Below are positions 1 through 43,391 of a stretch of 64,000 nucleotides of DNA, one piece after another (the stretch's first letter is position 1; the number at the start of each line of letters is the position of its first letter). This stretch comes from Antedon mediterranea. Lineage: Eukaryota > Animalia > Echinodermata. Location of the stretch: NCBI RefSeq assembly GCF_964355755.1, contig NC_092679.1, forward strand, positions 402,201 through 466,200, given 5' to 3'. The translations under genes and the position numbers were made by a program. The notes beneath the pieces were generated by a model. The model was given only the letters and a program-made list of their open reading frames with translations. It searched no databases and had not been told where the DNA came from.

Positions 1-1056
1 GTATCTCAAAGCGGGTTTTTTCACATTACGTCTGTCGATATAATAAACTCTATTTTATTTTAGCAATACATTAATCGTTTTTAAACATATTTCAAACATA
101 ATGCCATATCGTTTATTCTTTTTCTTCCGATACACAAAATAAAAGACGTCATAACCGAGATCTGGCACGGCTTCTTAGCGTACTGTAGTCACATGGAACA
201 CATAAGTGCGTAGTCGCGCGGCGTAATAGCTATATCGTATTACTTATTATATTTTTAATCAAATCATCTGTACCGTAACATGTCCACACAATTGAAAGCA
301 ACCAGTAATGAATTATCCAGGTCCTTTCAATTTTAGCTACAGTAGTGTACCAGTACCCAGTCACTGGTTACTTTCTACATGTTCCTTCCTCATCTGTCAG
401 TCCTAATTATAATCTTTATTAACACTGCTACCGTGTGAAATTAACTTAACTTGACTTTCGCCCTAGATACTAGTGACTTTCAACGTAAAATGTGCAATGC
501 TTAAGGTTTTAAACAAACTCATGCATACTTTGAAAGCATGGCCATTCAACTTTCGCGCGATTTTCGTGTTTATTTATTATTAAAAAGCAGGATGAGTTTC
601 CCAAACTTTGATCTTAATTCTAAGTCATTGTCGTAAGTTGTTCCAGATGGTAACTAATATTTCGCTTAATACTAGCATTCATGCGTTATGGTTATAAACA
701 TTAAATATATACATATTATATACATTTTGGAAGGGAACCTATTTGTTCTAGTGAACCTTCAACCCAAAGTCTGTTCATGTAGACCTGTCATATTTGTTTA
801 CGTTGAGTTACATCATGGACCTAGTCCATGGTTACATTAATGTAAATTGATGGGAAGAGTTTCACACACGATAACGTAAACATTGGGTATAGCCTACTTC
901 CCAACAACTAAAAATGTCATGAAATTAGATTAACGAATTGGAGGACGTTTTCACACGAAGGAACCCCCAAATACGACAATTACATTACTAACGGAATATC
1001 TATGATAGGATTTGGTTCAAAGCATAGTATATACTGTTTGTTTTAAAATTTTACCA

Positions 1057-1264
1057 GATATTTCGCGAGAAGCCCGGTTACGGACACAACCTGTGCGTTC
1101 GTTCACACGATATTTCGCGAGAAGCCTGGTTACGGACACAACCTGTGCGCTCGTTTACATGATATTTCGCGAGAAGCCTGGTTACGGACACAACCTGTGC
1201 GTTCGTTCACACGATATTTCGCGAGAAGGCTGGTTACGGATAAAACCTGTGCGTTCGTTTACTC
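1057..1264. repeat. Tandem repeat, 52-bp unit x4
   Basis: GATATTTCGCGAGAAGCCTGGTTACGGACACAACCTGTGCGTTCGTTCACAC recurs at 1057, 1109, 1161 and 1213. Confidence 0.95.
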
Positions 1265-3012
1265 ATGAACACCTGAGCTGCCGCATAATCGGAACACACG
1301 TACGTCGTCAGATTACAGGCCTTCGATCTCGCGGGATTATTTAAAAAGTATGGATTAAACAATTTCTAAAACCTGATTTATGGAAGCAATACAAAAAAAA
1401 ACAATTTGTTATTTGTAAAATGTGTATAATGCTTATCGTTTTCAACAAGATTCACTATATTGTTCATTCATTTCGACTAATTCACTTAATAAAGTAAATG
1501 GCAACTTGATCAGTCGCCGAGTTGCTGGCTCATGGGAGTTTCAATAACACTGTGAGCTATTACCTTGGTTACCCTTCCCTTCATACATGTGCAACATGTC
1601 TCGGATCAAAACAATTAATAAGAAAACTTAAATAAGGATACATCGGATATAAAGACGTTACAAGTCAAGAACTAAAACGTCAAAAAAATATTTTGTAAAT
1701 ACATATACAGTATAATATGCAGTGTTATGTTCCGGTTGTAAGTTTTGTCTTTTGTATATTTCTCCGTTCGTTATAGCGTATAGTAAATACTCTTAGTAAT
1801 TCCAAAATGGCACTTGGTGCATGTTTAGAATATTAGTATGGGGCGCCATTTATAAATATAAAAAATGGAAAACAAGGTACCCTTTTAAACAACAAGGACT
1901 AAACTATATTCTACTGACATTTAAGCTTAATAATCAAATGCATTCCGACACAAATGGTCTTTGTATCAGTTAACATGTCTATAAGAATTATAACTATGAT
2001 ATATCCTTGACGATGTTTCTAGGCCCATGAGAACAATAATAAGCCAGCATAATGATTAACGTATATTACTGATAATATTTCCTTCTAGTCTGGTAAAACA
2101 AAATCCAGACAGCTGAATAAGATTGGTAGAAAGAATAAAAACAGTAGGCCGGCCTAACCTAAGGATTTCAAATTAATTAGGCAGTTTGAGGGCATTCTTT
2201 CTATCCATCATTTTTTAGCGTCCTGGTACGTACCATGGCTGGTACGTACCATGGCTACAATTTTAAAATTGTAGCTGAAAGCGCGTTGGGTATAGATGTG
2301 CATGCACAATAACACTATGTAATAGGAGATCGATGTGCGTGCAGAATATAACATGACACGTCTATAGAAATGGTAATGTGCAGTAACGTCACGTCTTGGT
2401 ATCAACAAAATGCGTGTACAATGACGGCGCGTCAGTAGTATTAATGTGTGCACGCGCGCATATAACGTCACACGACGCGTCTTGGCATCACACGCATGTA
2501 TAATATTTATTGACACGTTTATATACTGTTAGTGAAGGTGATTCCATATACAATTGAATTTATACCCAGGTCTATTTATTTATTTCTTTTTTTTCGTCTT
2601 CTTGTTGTTGAAAGATCATAAATTGATTTCAGTAGACGGGTGAGTCAGCGATCAAATTCTCTACTGAGACAAACTCCTTTGGCAAACAAACTATTAATAT
2701 ATTACAGTAGGCCTACTGCTAAACTAATTTTAGCTTATTCTGTCGTGTGCTCACGACTAATGAAGTTTTTTTTTATTTGTTAGTAATTTTTCAAAATGAA
2801 GGGTGTATGATAATTACAAGTAGGGATTGTATTACTTGATTCGCAACATACTTCCGTCATTAAACGTGTCTTCACCTTTCACCAGAGCTCCCCACGGATG
2901 GTTTTAAATATTTTGTTATTGTTTTTTATGTTTTATACAAAGTAATACATTTAATGACACGTGGATTGAAATTTCCTTAACCTTTTTATATCAACCATAC
3001 TTCAGTTAGTAA

Positions 3013-3086
3013 AGCTGCATTCACACTTGTTCTGTTTGACGAAACAGAGACGACGCAGTGTTCCAATACATCGTGTGAACGCAGCT
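3013..3086. mobile_element. Very short MITE remnant (PIF/Harbinger-like ends)
   Basis: Inverted termini AGCTGCATTCACAC...GTGTGAACGCAGCT, flanked by TAA on both sides. Confidence 0.6.
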
Positions 3087-3671
3087 TAAATCAGGTTTAG
3101 TATCATTACATTATACCGTACTACATGAAAATCCGGTATTTCAATTTACATAAACAGGAATTTAACTATGAAATAAAAAGTTGTAAGGCACATGCGCACA
3201 ATTAGTAAGAAGTTGGCAATTTCCGACAAGTCGTACAATGTTGACATTTTGTAATTATTCTACCTTCTTTATAAAACATAGACAAAACGAAAATTGTAAT
3301 TTTGTAATAGATGTTCCCAACTAAATTTAAAGTAGGCAGCTAGACTTACAAACATATATAAAGTATTGCCTTAACGATGACAATGCGTTTGACAGTTTAA
3401 CGATTTGTAAAATAAATGGCAATAGGGTATGTATTAAGATCGAATACAGACAGTAGCGAAAGAAGAACATCTTGTGTAGTGTGCGCTGGTTCAGCTGTCG
3501 TGTTTGGATTGACATGATAAAAAGTAAATCATCGGAGATAATAAAATTATCTATAGAACGTCTCTTTACCTTTAAATAAACCGCAGCGGCATGGTTGGTA
3601 TCAAGGATGCAGAAGTACTCTCACAATTAAATAAGCATACGTGGCAAGGTATAAAATAAATATGAACTTAC

Positions 3672-3791
3672 TTTAGTGTATTCCTGCAAGTTCGGTTCAA
3701 GTCCTGTTGTTCCGACTACAAATACATCTTTAGTTAGAGACCTGGCATTGCAAACTCCGAACACAAATATTAGATAAAGAAGCTGAAACAT
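3672..3791 (-). CDS. Probable first coding exon of an unidentified secreted protein; gene continues leftward
   Basis: ATG at 3791 gives MFQLLYLIFVFGVCNA-RSLTKDVFVVGTTGLEPNLQEYTK (signal-peptide-like, 40 codons), ending at a perfect AAA|GTAAGT donor (3671). TATA and Inr lie just upstream. Confidence 0.55.
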
Positions 3792-3878
3792 TCTTTTAAT
3801 TTTACAAACTCTAGACAAACACAGTACTTGCTTGCAACATTCGAAAAAAGACTGTTCCCTGGAGGAGAGATAGCACAC

Positions 3879-3915
3879 GAGTGATTCCCTTCTACACGTT
3901 GCGTCAACTTATATC
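3879..3915 (-). promoter_or_regulatory. Candidate TATA + initiator core promoter
   Basis: On the - strand, TATAAG starts at 3913 and TCACTC (Inr-like, +1 A at 3882) follows at -31 spacing. TGACG half-sites occur at ~3901, ~4080 and ~4138. Confidence 0.5.
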
Positions 3916-6106
3916 AGAAAAAGGATTATTGAGCATTCCTTGAGATGATCTTAACGGAACGTAACGAGTTAGCACTTGACGACTGTGCTAATGCACAGTG
4001 AATGAGGCTCGTACTGTAACAGTCTAAAATTAACGCGGCGTAGAAGTTTGCTCCCAAGATTTGCTCCCAGGAGTCAACGCGTCACCAAGATTTGATTTCC
4101 CGAATCCAGGTTTAACCGTGATGATAATCAACAATTATGACGCGTCAAAGTCGAAGGCAATGAACGAGCTAACTGCAGTGACAGCATATACAATGTCATA
4201 ACTATTAATTGGGGATGTAACTAACTTGAACAAAAACCCAAATCACTCAGAGCAAACGATGCGAGAATGATATAGCAATAAAACTCTTTCTATAATAAGT
4301 CTCAAATTTCCTGGAATACACTTATTGGGTCAATGGTTTAAAAAAGTACCGAATATTATTATCAACATATTCATAATTTATAGTTAATACAGCGTTCACG
4401 TAACACAATTAAAGTTCGGTAGACTGGTTTGTAATGGCATAACAGTTGCATAAAATAGAAAAGTACAAAATAAGGTGATGAATCGCGATGAACCGCAATG
4501 TTCAACAATTTTAATATTGATTGGAGACATCTCCCTGGATTGATATTGTCTAAAACATTACCGTACCAGTGATGTGCGCAGAAAATGTTACCTACTAAGC
4601 GGTATTAAGTCTAACTACGCTAAACGTCCTGGTCGTGTCGTGTCTGACGACAGCAACCTTCATCACATGTGGGGTACTGTCAGTTGCGAGATTGGTTTAG
4701 TGAGGGCCGGGTTAAGTTAATATTAGTTAACATATATATGTTATGTGTTATGTCAACAGAAACGATACAGCTAAAGTATATTGTCCCTTATAGGCATGAT
4801 ACGATAAGTATTAAGACTCTGAATGGAGGGTTGGTGGAATAACTAATCTATTGAATGCTAATTACGACCGGATGGTCCAATTAAATTACTTTAGCTATAT
4901 CAATAATTTGTACCTTAATCTATTTCTGTATTTGCTACGAATGCTACTTTAATCGGAATGTTAATTCAAAAGTAACCCGAACCACTTGCCTCCCTACAAA
5001 GTGTTCTGAAGAAAAACAGAACGAGACACAAAAGATTAAAGAATTTCCTTAACAAATTATTACTGATCAAGAGTGAAAGACAAGAAAATCTGTTGCAGAA
5101 TAGAAGCTGTAATATTTACCTATCGAAAAGTTACAGGCAGGTAGTACATATCGAAAGCATTTACATAAATATAAAAAAAGCATTCTTCACACATAAAAAG
5201 TGATGATGCACACGACCAAATACGGGAACACATTGACTATATATGGGCACATATTGACTATATACGGACACCTCTCAGGATGGTACAATTTGTTGGCACT
5301 TTCTACAGTATTTTCTTTATGAACCGTTTCATAATCCGTTACCAGACGAGAGGGATATCATTTGAAGTAGTGGTTTACTTGTGTCCATCCAGGGTCTTTC
5401 TAAACAAGACCACAATACATTCGAGATTACTATCAATTTTCTGCACTACTTTTCATGGGTTTCTAAGGAATTCGAACGGAAATGACAAATACAACATTCT
5501 AATTTTCCCACATTAATGTAATAACGAAGTATACCAACGGTCTTGGGATTTACGGAGATGTGTAGTACAGCACCAGTCACTACTCGTCACCAATCATGAA
5601 TTACGGTATATGGATCACTAAATAGTCTACTAGAATCATTGTATATGTTGTTACGCCTGTAGGTATGAATTAACTACTGTACATACAGACATGACGTCAC
5701 TGCTGTACTGTATATGCGTGTACTTAGCAGATATAAATTTCATTTCAATGCTATAGGTACCTAAATTAGCCACCGCCTAAATATGTGACTTACGCAATTA
5801 ATCAATGCGTACTTGTGTATTGTTACCAAGACAACCAAATCAGGTTAGTGCTACATTAAATTGCGCATGTGCAGCTAAACTTATGGCTGGAGAATTATAT
5901 TCATAAAAGTAAACGTTGTTATATAATTAGTTTAAAATTAACAATCGACTGTTTACACAATACACACACTGAACATGAAAGCAAACACCCTTCCACGCCC
6001 TAATCGTGTCCTCCGACAATCCTATCACCCTCCCACCAAATTAATTTACTGTAAACAGTCTACAGACCTCAAGACTTGGCTTACGAAACTCCATCTGACT
6101 AATCTA

Positions 6107-6393
6107 CAGTAGCGCCCCCCCACCCCCTATTATAAGGGCGGGGGGGGGGGGGGACACCTTCAATAGCGTTTGTTCCCTTATTCCTTAATCGGGATGTCCC
6201 CTAAATAGGAATGTCTCTCAAATAGGGGTTAGCTGTGTTAACACGTATATTATTTTTCATTCGTTTCACAGAACAATTGTAAGGGGGTGTCCCAAAAGGG
6301 GGGTGTCCCAAAAAGGGGGTGTCCCAAAAAGGGGGTGTCCCAAAAGGGGGGTGTCCCAAAAGAGGGGTGTCCCAAAAGAGGGGTTCTACTGTA
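6107..6393. mobile_element. Tc1/mariner-like MITE remnants (CAGTAG...CTACTG ends) with an internal 17-18 bp tandem array
   Basis: TA-CAGTAGCGCCCC at 6105. The array (AAGGGGGTGTCCCAA)x6 at ~6280-6385 ends in GGGTTCTACTG-TA. Confidence 0.55.
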
Positions 6394-8530
6394 TGTATTT
6401 AGGAATATTAAGACACTCTTAGAGATTAATAAATAAGCTCTGTCTGAGAACTTAACTTAATTAATATCATAAACAGCCTGCTGCCATTTCAAGCCAAAGG
6501 AAATTCAGGTTATCCATGTATCTAACGCCCACTTTATTACTAATTAGATACTTAAAATACACTTCCAGAAAAATTAAAGTTAACCCAGGGTGTTAAATAG
6601 GATATGTGTTTAAATTTTGTTAAACTTATAAAAATAATATTGACTGGCCATATGAGGTCATTACCATGACAACAAAGTAAATGAATTGACTGAATTCTTG
6701 GAAAGAATAATATTTAATTGAAATCGCCTTTTTGAAAAAAATAATCAGCTGTTTTCACGACGGTTACGTAACACACTAGTTGTGAATCTGAATTTATCTA
6801 TTAAAAGGAATATTACAATTATAATGGCGATGCGACAAATTAAATAAATACAACATCGCAAATAAAAATAGTTACAACTTAGAATGTGACAAAGATTAAC
6901 TTTGGAAACATTCATTATACTTTTTCTGCAACATGAACACCATATATGGCAATAATGATTACATTAATGTCATACACACCATATATGATGATTACAGGGT
7001 AAATGTCATACACACCATATATGGACATGATTACATTTGTGGGAAAATACAATATTTGCTATTTTCGTTTGTGATGCTCTTCAATAGGGAAAAAATATAG
7101 AAAAGTGATAATAAACATTATTTTTATATTTCAGGATTGATATCTACAACATTAATTAACATTCACCTTTACCTACTTAAACAAATACATATATTTTTTA
7201 TCCTTTCTTGGTGTAAATGGAGCATACAAATTATTGTGTTTATAGCAAATGAAAATATATGCATAATATAAGCCTACTTACAGTTATCAAATATTGTGTA
7301 AAAATTCTACCAGAATCAAAAATTAGGTCAGGGGATGTCTAAAAGAGTTGGCCTATAAAAATACATAATTTTGTAAACTGATGTCAATTAAGGTTTCTAT
7401 TAATAGGGTTAGAACATTTATTGCATAAAAAATCTTGTGACAAACCACTATTACAGACAACAAAACATAAGTACTGTACTTAAATATGATGATTTGCTGT
7501 TATGAACATATAATGTTGTTCAAGTGTTAACATTAAACAAACATTATTTATATTACTGTCAAAATGTAACATGGTTGATGTAAAACATATTCATGTTAGG
7601 TCAAAGGTTATTTCTTTTATAGAAATATTCTAAGAAATATATCAAATGAGTTCAAGAAATCAATCAAATGGACAAATAAACAAAGTAGAAAAAGGGATGA
7701 ATAGACAAGGTAGGAAAAAGAATAAAATAAATAAGGTAGGAAAAAGGGATGAATAGATAATGTTAGGAAAAGGGGATGAATTTTAAAAATGTAACAACAT
7801 TATCAAAACTCCTTTCCATTTAGGCTATCAATAGGAGTGTATTTGGTATCCTAAAATGTATCATCCATCCATATTTGATGCTTAATTTAATTATAATTTC
7901 ATTTTTAATGATATTTTTGTAAATGTTTTCTGTCACAATAACATCAAAGCTGTCCAATATTTCATAAAAACAATATTTACTGCAAGCCATCCCACGGTGA
8001 CTAGTAGTTGTATCAGGTGGCCTATTTACTACTGGCACTTTAAAAAAACCGAAATTGAATACTGTAATTTAATTTGTTCTGTATGAATGTTACATTCTTC
8101 TTAATACTAAAGCAAGGCATTGTAAACAGTGTCTTCTTATGTTCTATGATTTAATCATAAAATAGATAAAATTAAAGTTATCTACAAAGTTACATTGAAA
8201 GATCATCTTAAGCACGTTCTTATTCTGTATTGTATCTAATGATGCGTGCACATTGCATGTACAAAATTTCAAATAATTACTTGATTTGTGACGTTTCCAT
8301 GATTGTATGTTATCGTCCTTAATTTTCTGTCCACCTTGGAATTATTCGAATTCAACAATTAATTTATATTTTTCTTTTCTTCCCAGGTCAAAGGTTACAT
8401 GCCAATGCACACTCATGATTTTGATCTTCAAACATTGTTGTAAAAGATACAATATTCTGAAGGAATCCAGGAATATTTTTTTTCTTTTTATGAAAATAGA
8501 AAGTAATTTTAAGGGGAGAAATAAGGTGTT

Positions 8531-38172
<29,642 letters not shown>

Positions 38173-38450
38173 CTTGGAAATGATTTTACTCGTAGACTTG
38201 AACGAAGACGTTTAACAGCATACAAATATGTCTGAATGAACGTCTAACTTATTAACAGCAGAAAGTTCATAGGGGCGCTATATAACCATGGTTGATTAGC
38301 TAAAAAACGTAGAAACGGTAAACAATAACATTAAAATTGTTTGTTTACAAACGATAGGAAAGTTGCGAATTCTTATGAGTTGCAGTACTTCAGATTATGT
38401 ATCAAGTATGTAACGTTATATTTTGTCTTTTATTATTTTAAAACGTCCCC
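38173..38450. promoter_or_regulatory. Probable bidirectional promoter between GANAB and the PH-domain gene
   Basis: Divergent start codons at 38172 (-) and 38754 (+) are only ~580 bp apart. The + gene ATG sits 2 nt after an acceptor, implying an upstream non-coding exon. Both flanks carry TAGGCCTA clusters. Confidence 0.6.
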
Positions 38451-38753
38451 ACACTAGGCTAGACACACTAGGCCTATGACTAGGCTAAGTCTAGCCTATT
38501 AAGCCTAGCTAGCTAGGCTAGGCATTAGGGCTAGGTAGTAACAGTAGTAGGCCTAGCTAGCTAGGCTAGGCCTAATATTAATAGTAACAGGCTAGATTTC
38601 CTCTCATTCTCAGCAGTCAGCATCATCATCCCATATTCAGGCCTCAGTCATAGATCATTTCAATTTAATGACTTACTATATACTATTTAGGCCTAGGCCT
38701 AGACAGACTTGCAAAAGGCAGTATTTTTCAAAAATGACCTTTTTGTTGTAGAT

Positions 38754-40856
38754 ATGTCTGGTGAGGTAAAGAAGGGGTTCCTTAGAAGATATGGTAAGTA
38801 CAACGATTATATTATATACATACATAAATACAGTAGGCCTAAATAACAGTATTTAATTAATACATTTTTATTTTATAAATAAACATCCACACTCTAGTAT
38901 ATTGCACATTTTGTTGTTTTCATAAAGTCTATTATTTCTATTTTTAGGTGGATGGCTTTTCAAAAGTTGGAAGAAAAAGTTCTTTGTTCTTTACAGAGAC
39001 AATCAGCTTGCATGGTTCGATGGCCCAGGAGATTCTGTAGATGGTCACATAAACATTCGGACTGAATGTACGATGCTCAAAGTAGGTGTACAGATGAAAA
39101 ATGAAGCCCCAACACCAGACCAAGGATCCCGTCTTCAACACATGTTTTCATTAACAGGCATGGGAAAGACATACTACATTCAAACAGTTGATGAACAAGA
39201 TCTTGTGTTAGTATTTCTACCTGGTTCACACATACAAACATTGTAACATATTATTGTAGCAAATTGTTACCTTATGTTGCATTGATGGAAAATCTCAGAA
39301 CAAATGCTATTTTTTTGACACAGCTTGTGTTTTGTCATTGTTTTTTAACTTTGTTTCTGTTTGTCTGAATAATGGGCTCTCTGGGAGAACAGTCTTTGAC
39401 AGTATAAAGAAGAAATAAATTATATTACACCATGACAAACATAGTGTGAAATTGTTGTATCTTGTCAACATTATATACAGTACCTGTATACAATTATTTT
39501 GCACATTACTGTATGTGGATTGTGTATAGTTAATACCTCTTCTCTTGTTTTCTTACTAATTATAGCCTAAAATAAAATGTTCAATGGTTTCTTTCTTTTA
39601 GATAGCACAGTTTTGTTTTTCTCCAGTGGCTTTTCTTGTACTATAGATGTTGTCTTTTTTTCTGCACATCCAGAAAATGCTTAATAATTGTAAGGTTTGT
39701 CTGCTGAATATGGTATACTGTAGCAAATTAATGTACACACACTATGTACTCTCTCTCTCCCTATCATCCTATCTTATCTAAAATCTCTCTATACATGCTA
39801 ATCTTTCTTTTTATTGTAGCAACTGCTTATTGGAAGTTTTGCACACATTTTCCCTCTATCCCTCTGACTCTTTGTCTTCCTCTCTTTCTTCTCCCTCAGA
39901 TTTTCCGAACAAAATCATTTTCTATGTACTCTAGCTATAAATTAAACATAAACAAGACATAGAAAATACACAATCTGAAATTAGAGAATAAAGCACTGTG
40001 TTTTTACCTTGATTTTCTGTGTTGAAAGCATTGTATATTAAATTTGTTTTTTCTAAACAATTCTTGACCACATAAAATATTTATTTAAAAATGTTCTCCA
40101 AGGTCTTGGCTGTCAGTGCTATACCAAGCTAAAGGATTAGTACCACCTGGGCAGCAACCACCAAATGGGCACCAGGCACCATACCAACAACCTGTACCAG
40201 CACTTGGAATGACACCTGGAATGCATCAACCTCCTCCACCTGGATTCCATCCAGGTGTCACAAATCAGGGTAAGATATCTTTAAGGACGTGCATAATCCT
40301 AATTATCTACCAGCAGCCTCTACATTAACTACTCTAATTGTTTTGCTTTGCAGGTCCTCCTCCAGGTTACACTCCACATCAAGGCTATCCACTGCATGGA
40401 AATCCACCACAGCAACACCAACCAGCCAGACAATATCCGCAGCAGCAGCAAAATCAACATTATCCTCGTCAGCAAGGTGGTGCATCTAACAGGCCACAAA
40501 CAATTGTAGTAAATAATGATAGCAGGGGTAGAAACAATGACTCATTTGCTACCGGTATGTTAACCGGGTACATGTTGGGAGGGTTTGGTCATCATGGGTA
40601 CGGGTATGGGTATGGGTACGGCTTTGGTCACCACCATGGTTTTGGTCATCATGACCACCACCACACTGAAGTACACCAAGAAATTAATCAAACAGTGGAG
40701 AATAACTACTATGGAGATGATGGAACTGGAGGCCAAGAAGAATACGGTGGTGATGATTATGGGGGAGATGATTATGGAGGAGATGATTACGGGGGTGATG
40801 ATTACGGAGGTGATGATTTTGGAGGTGGTGATGATTTTGGAGGGGATGATTTTTAG
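38754..40856 (+). CDS. PH-domain protein, evectin/PLEKHB-like, with Pro/Gln-rich middle and His/Gly- and GGDDY-repeat tail
   Basis: Exons 38754-38793, 38948-39206, 40103-40269, 40354-40856. PH domain: VKKGFLRRYGGWLFKSWKKKFFVLYRDNQLAWFD...YYIQTVDEQDLVSWLSVL. TIVVNNDSRGRNNDSFATGMLTG resembles the PLEKHB2 C-terminal region. Confidence 0.85.
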
Positions 40857-41556
40857 TATCGTGGTAAAATTGTAATATTTAGTATTAAAATACTGTAATT
40901 CAGGTTAGATGAATATCTTGGCAAAATCTGAACAAAGATCAAATATAAGTTCTTTCTGACTTATTTAAGTTTTTTCATCATTGTTTATTTTTTACGTTTT
41001 CAAAGCATACTTAATTTATCAATAGGTAATAAGCTAGGAATAGTCAGTTCGTAGGAACTTTATTTTATTATCTCTGGCCAATTTAACAAATATTAAATTA
41101 TATTTCAGGTTTGACATCATTTATTTAAAGTATTTTTAAAGTGTTTACCATGGAAGTATTTTTTTTTTACTATTTTTTAAAATTTCTTCGACACATTTTT
41201 CCTATAAATATTAACTGTTCTATTATAATGTAATTATGTATATTAGTTATCTTAATAAATATTAAAACGATTTTAGAAAAATAATAATAAATATATTGCC
41301 TGCCCATTATTAACAATATCAAAACACATTCCTTAAGACAATGGCCAAACGACCTTGTGCAATTATTTGATACAAGTAGTATAATTTACCTGTTCACAAA
41401 TTTACTGGTATCAATAAATTGGTTAAAAGATTGTATTACACATTGTAAGGAGTGATACTAATGTACTTACGACATTGTTCAATACAGAATTCTCGAAGCA
41501 ACAACTTGTGAAAAGTGTCTTCATTTTGTTGTTTAAATTGTTTGAATTAGTTTATA

Positions 41557-43299
41557 ATGGATGAAGATTCGAAACTAAAAACTAATAAGGATGGGGTGTT
41601 GCCTTCTGGGAATGTTCTTAGAACTGTTAGTACACGATCTGACGCCGTGCTGATGAAAGAAAAGAAAGATGATGACAACGACGATGACGCTAAATGCGTT
41701 TGTGATTCTTGCACTCCATCATGGTTACAATGTTTCAAAGGAGTAAAATTCTTTACTTTTGTAACACTTTTTGCTCTTCTTAGTAAAGTATTTGCGAGTA
41801 CTTATTTCGGTGCTGTGGTCTCTACGTTAGAGCGGCAGTTTAATATGGATAGTGTGAAATCCGGTGTGTTACTTGTTATCAACGACATGATGGACTTCAT
41901 TTTTGTGATCTTTATCACTCATTTCGGTCATAGTGGCCATCGGCCTAGATGGATTGCTACTGGATTGTTCATGGCAGCGATGGGATGCTTTCTCTGCATT
42001 GTTCCACACATCATGACTGAATATGTACCACCAGAAGGAAAGAATGCAGAACCATCTCTTTGTAGCAGCAATGCAGGGTTACCAACAAAGCAGAACATGA
42101 CGGCGATGTATGAAAATGAGATGCCTGCTGGCATCATGGAAGAAACAGAGGGGCTGCAATCAATGTGGAGTAATGTTTTTTGGCTGATGTTGGGTCAAAT
42201 CCTTATTGGAATTGGTAATACTCCTTTAAAACCTCTCGGCACCACGTACATTGACGATTCTGTTGAAGATCACAAGACTGGATTCTACGTTGGTTAGTAT
42301 AATGTTCCTAAACCTACAAAGTTGGTAATCAACCTCTCTTTTGTATCGCATGTGCGGCCTGTTAAATTTAAGGTTAGGTCAGGGAAAAGCGTAATTTCAA
42401 GTTGAAACATCAAACTACTGCATTGTATAACACCTACCAAAAGAAGGCTCTTAAAATGGAAAATTAGTAACACAGATACTTGCCTGCAATGCAACGTAGT
42501 AGAGGATGATGCCCATTTCTTTTACGAATGCACTGGAGTAAAACACTTATGGGACTATATTAACGTAGACACCGTACACAAATTTGGTATCGAAGCAAAT
42601 TATCGAAACATTATGCTAGGTACAAGAAACATATATGTCAACCACATGTTCTCTATTGGATGCTTTTGCGTTTACAAAGCACATATTTAAAAAATGTAAA
42701 CAAATGGACCGGATCACTGTCTCGTCTTTTTATGGCGGAAAAAATAATAGATCTTACCTTAACCGCCTGTTATAATTGATATTTATGTGAATTTGATTAA
42801 TTATTTAAAATATATATGTATGTATGTATGAGAATAGTTATGTACTACAGATATTTAATATACACATATGTTACATAATAGTGTGGTAGGCTAATACCCA
42901 TAGGCAGTTACATTTATTTTATATAAAGTACTTTAAAAAAATTATATAAATTAATATTCAAAACAAAAAAAGAAACGTAACGCACGAGAAGACAAACAAA
43001 CATGAGACATAAAACTAGACACAAGAGTAAGAAAAAAATATTTTTTACATAGTCTGTATATAGGGTAAAAAATGAATTTTATATCTAAAAAATACATACT
43101 GAAAATAATTAGGCCTACATAACATTAGTAAATGTATCTTCTGCAGTACATTTATTAGTTAAGTGTTTACAATTTTAGATGTTGAGAATTATAGAACAAA
43201 CAAAAATTTTAGAAAATTATGAAAAAAGGTGGATATAACAGGAACGAAATATTAATGTTTAGATTCTAAGAACAGTAACATTGATAAAATCACATAATG

Positions 43300-43391
<92 letters not shown>

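Noticed and set aside
1012-1344. 110-aa ORF
   Set aside because: Read-through of the 52-bp tandem repeat; starts at TTG, not ATG.
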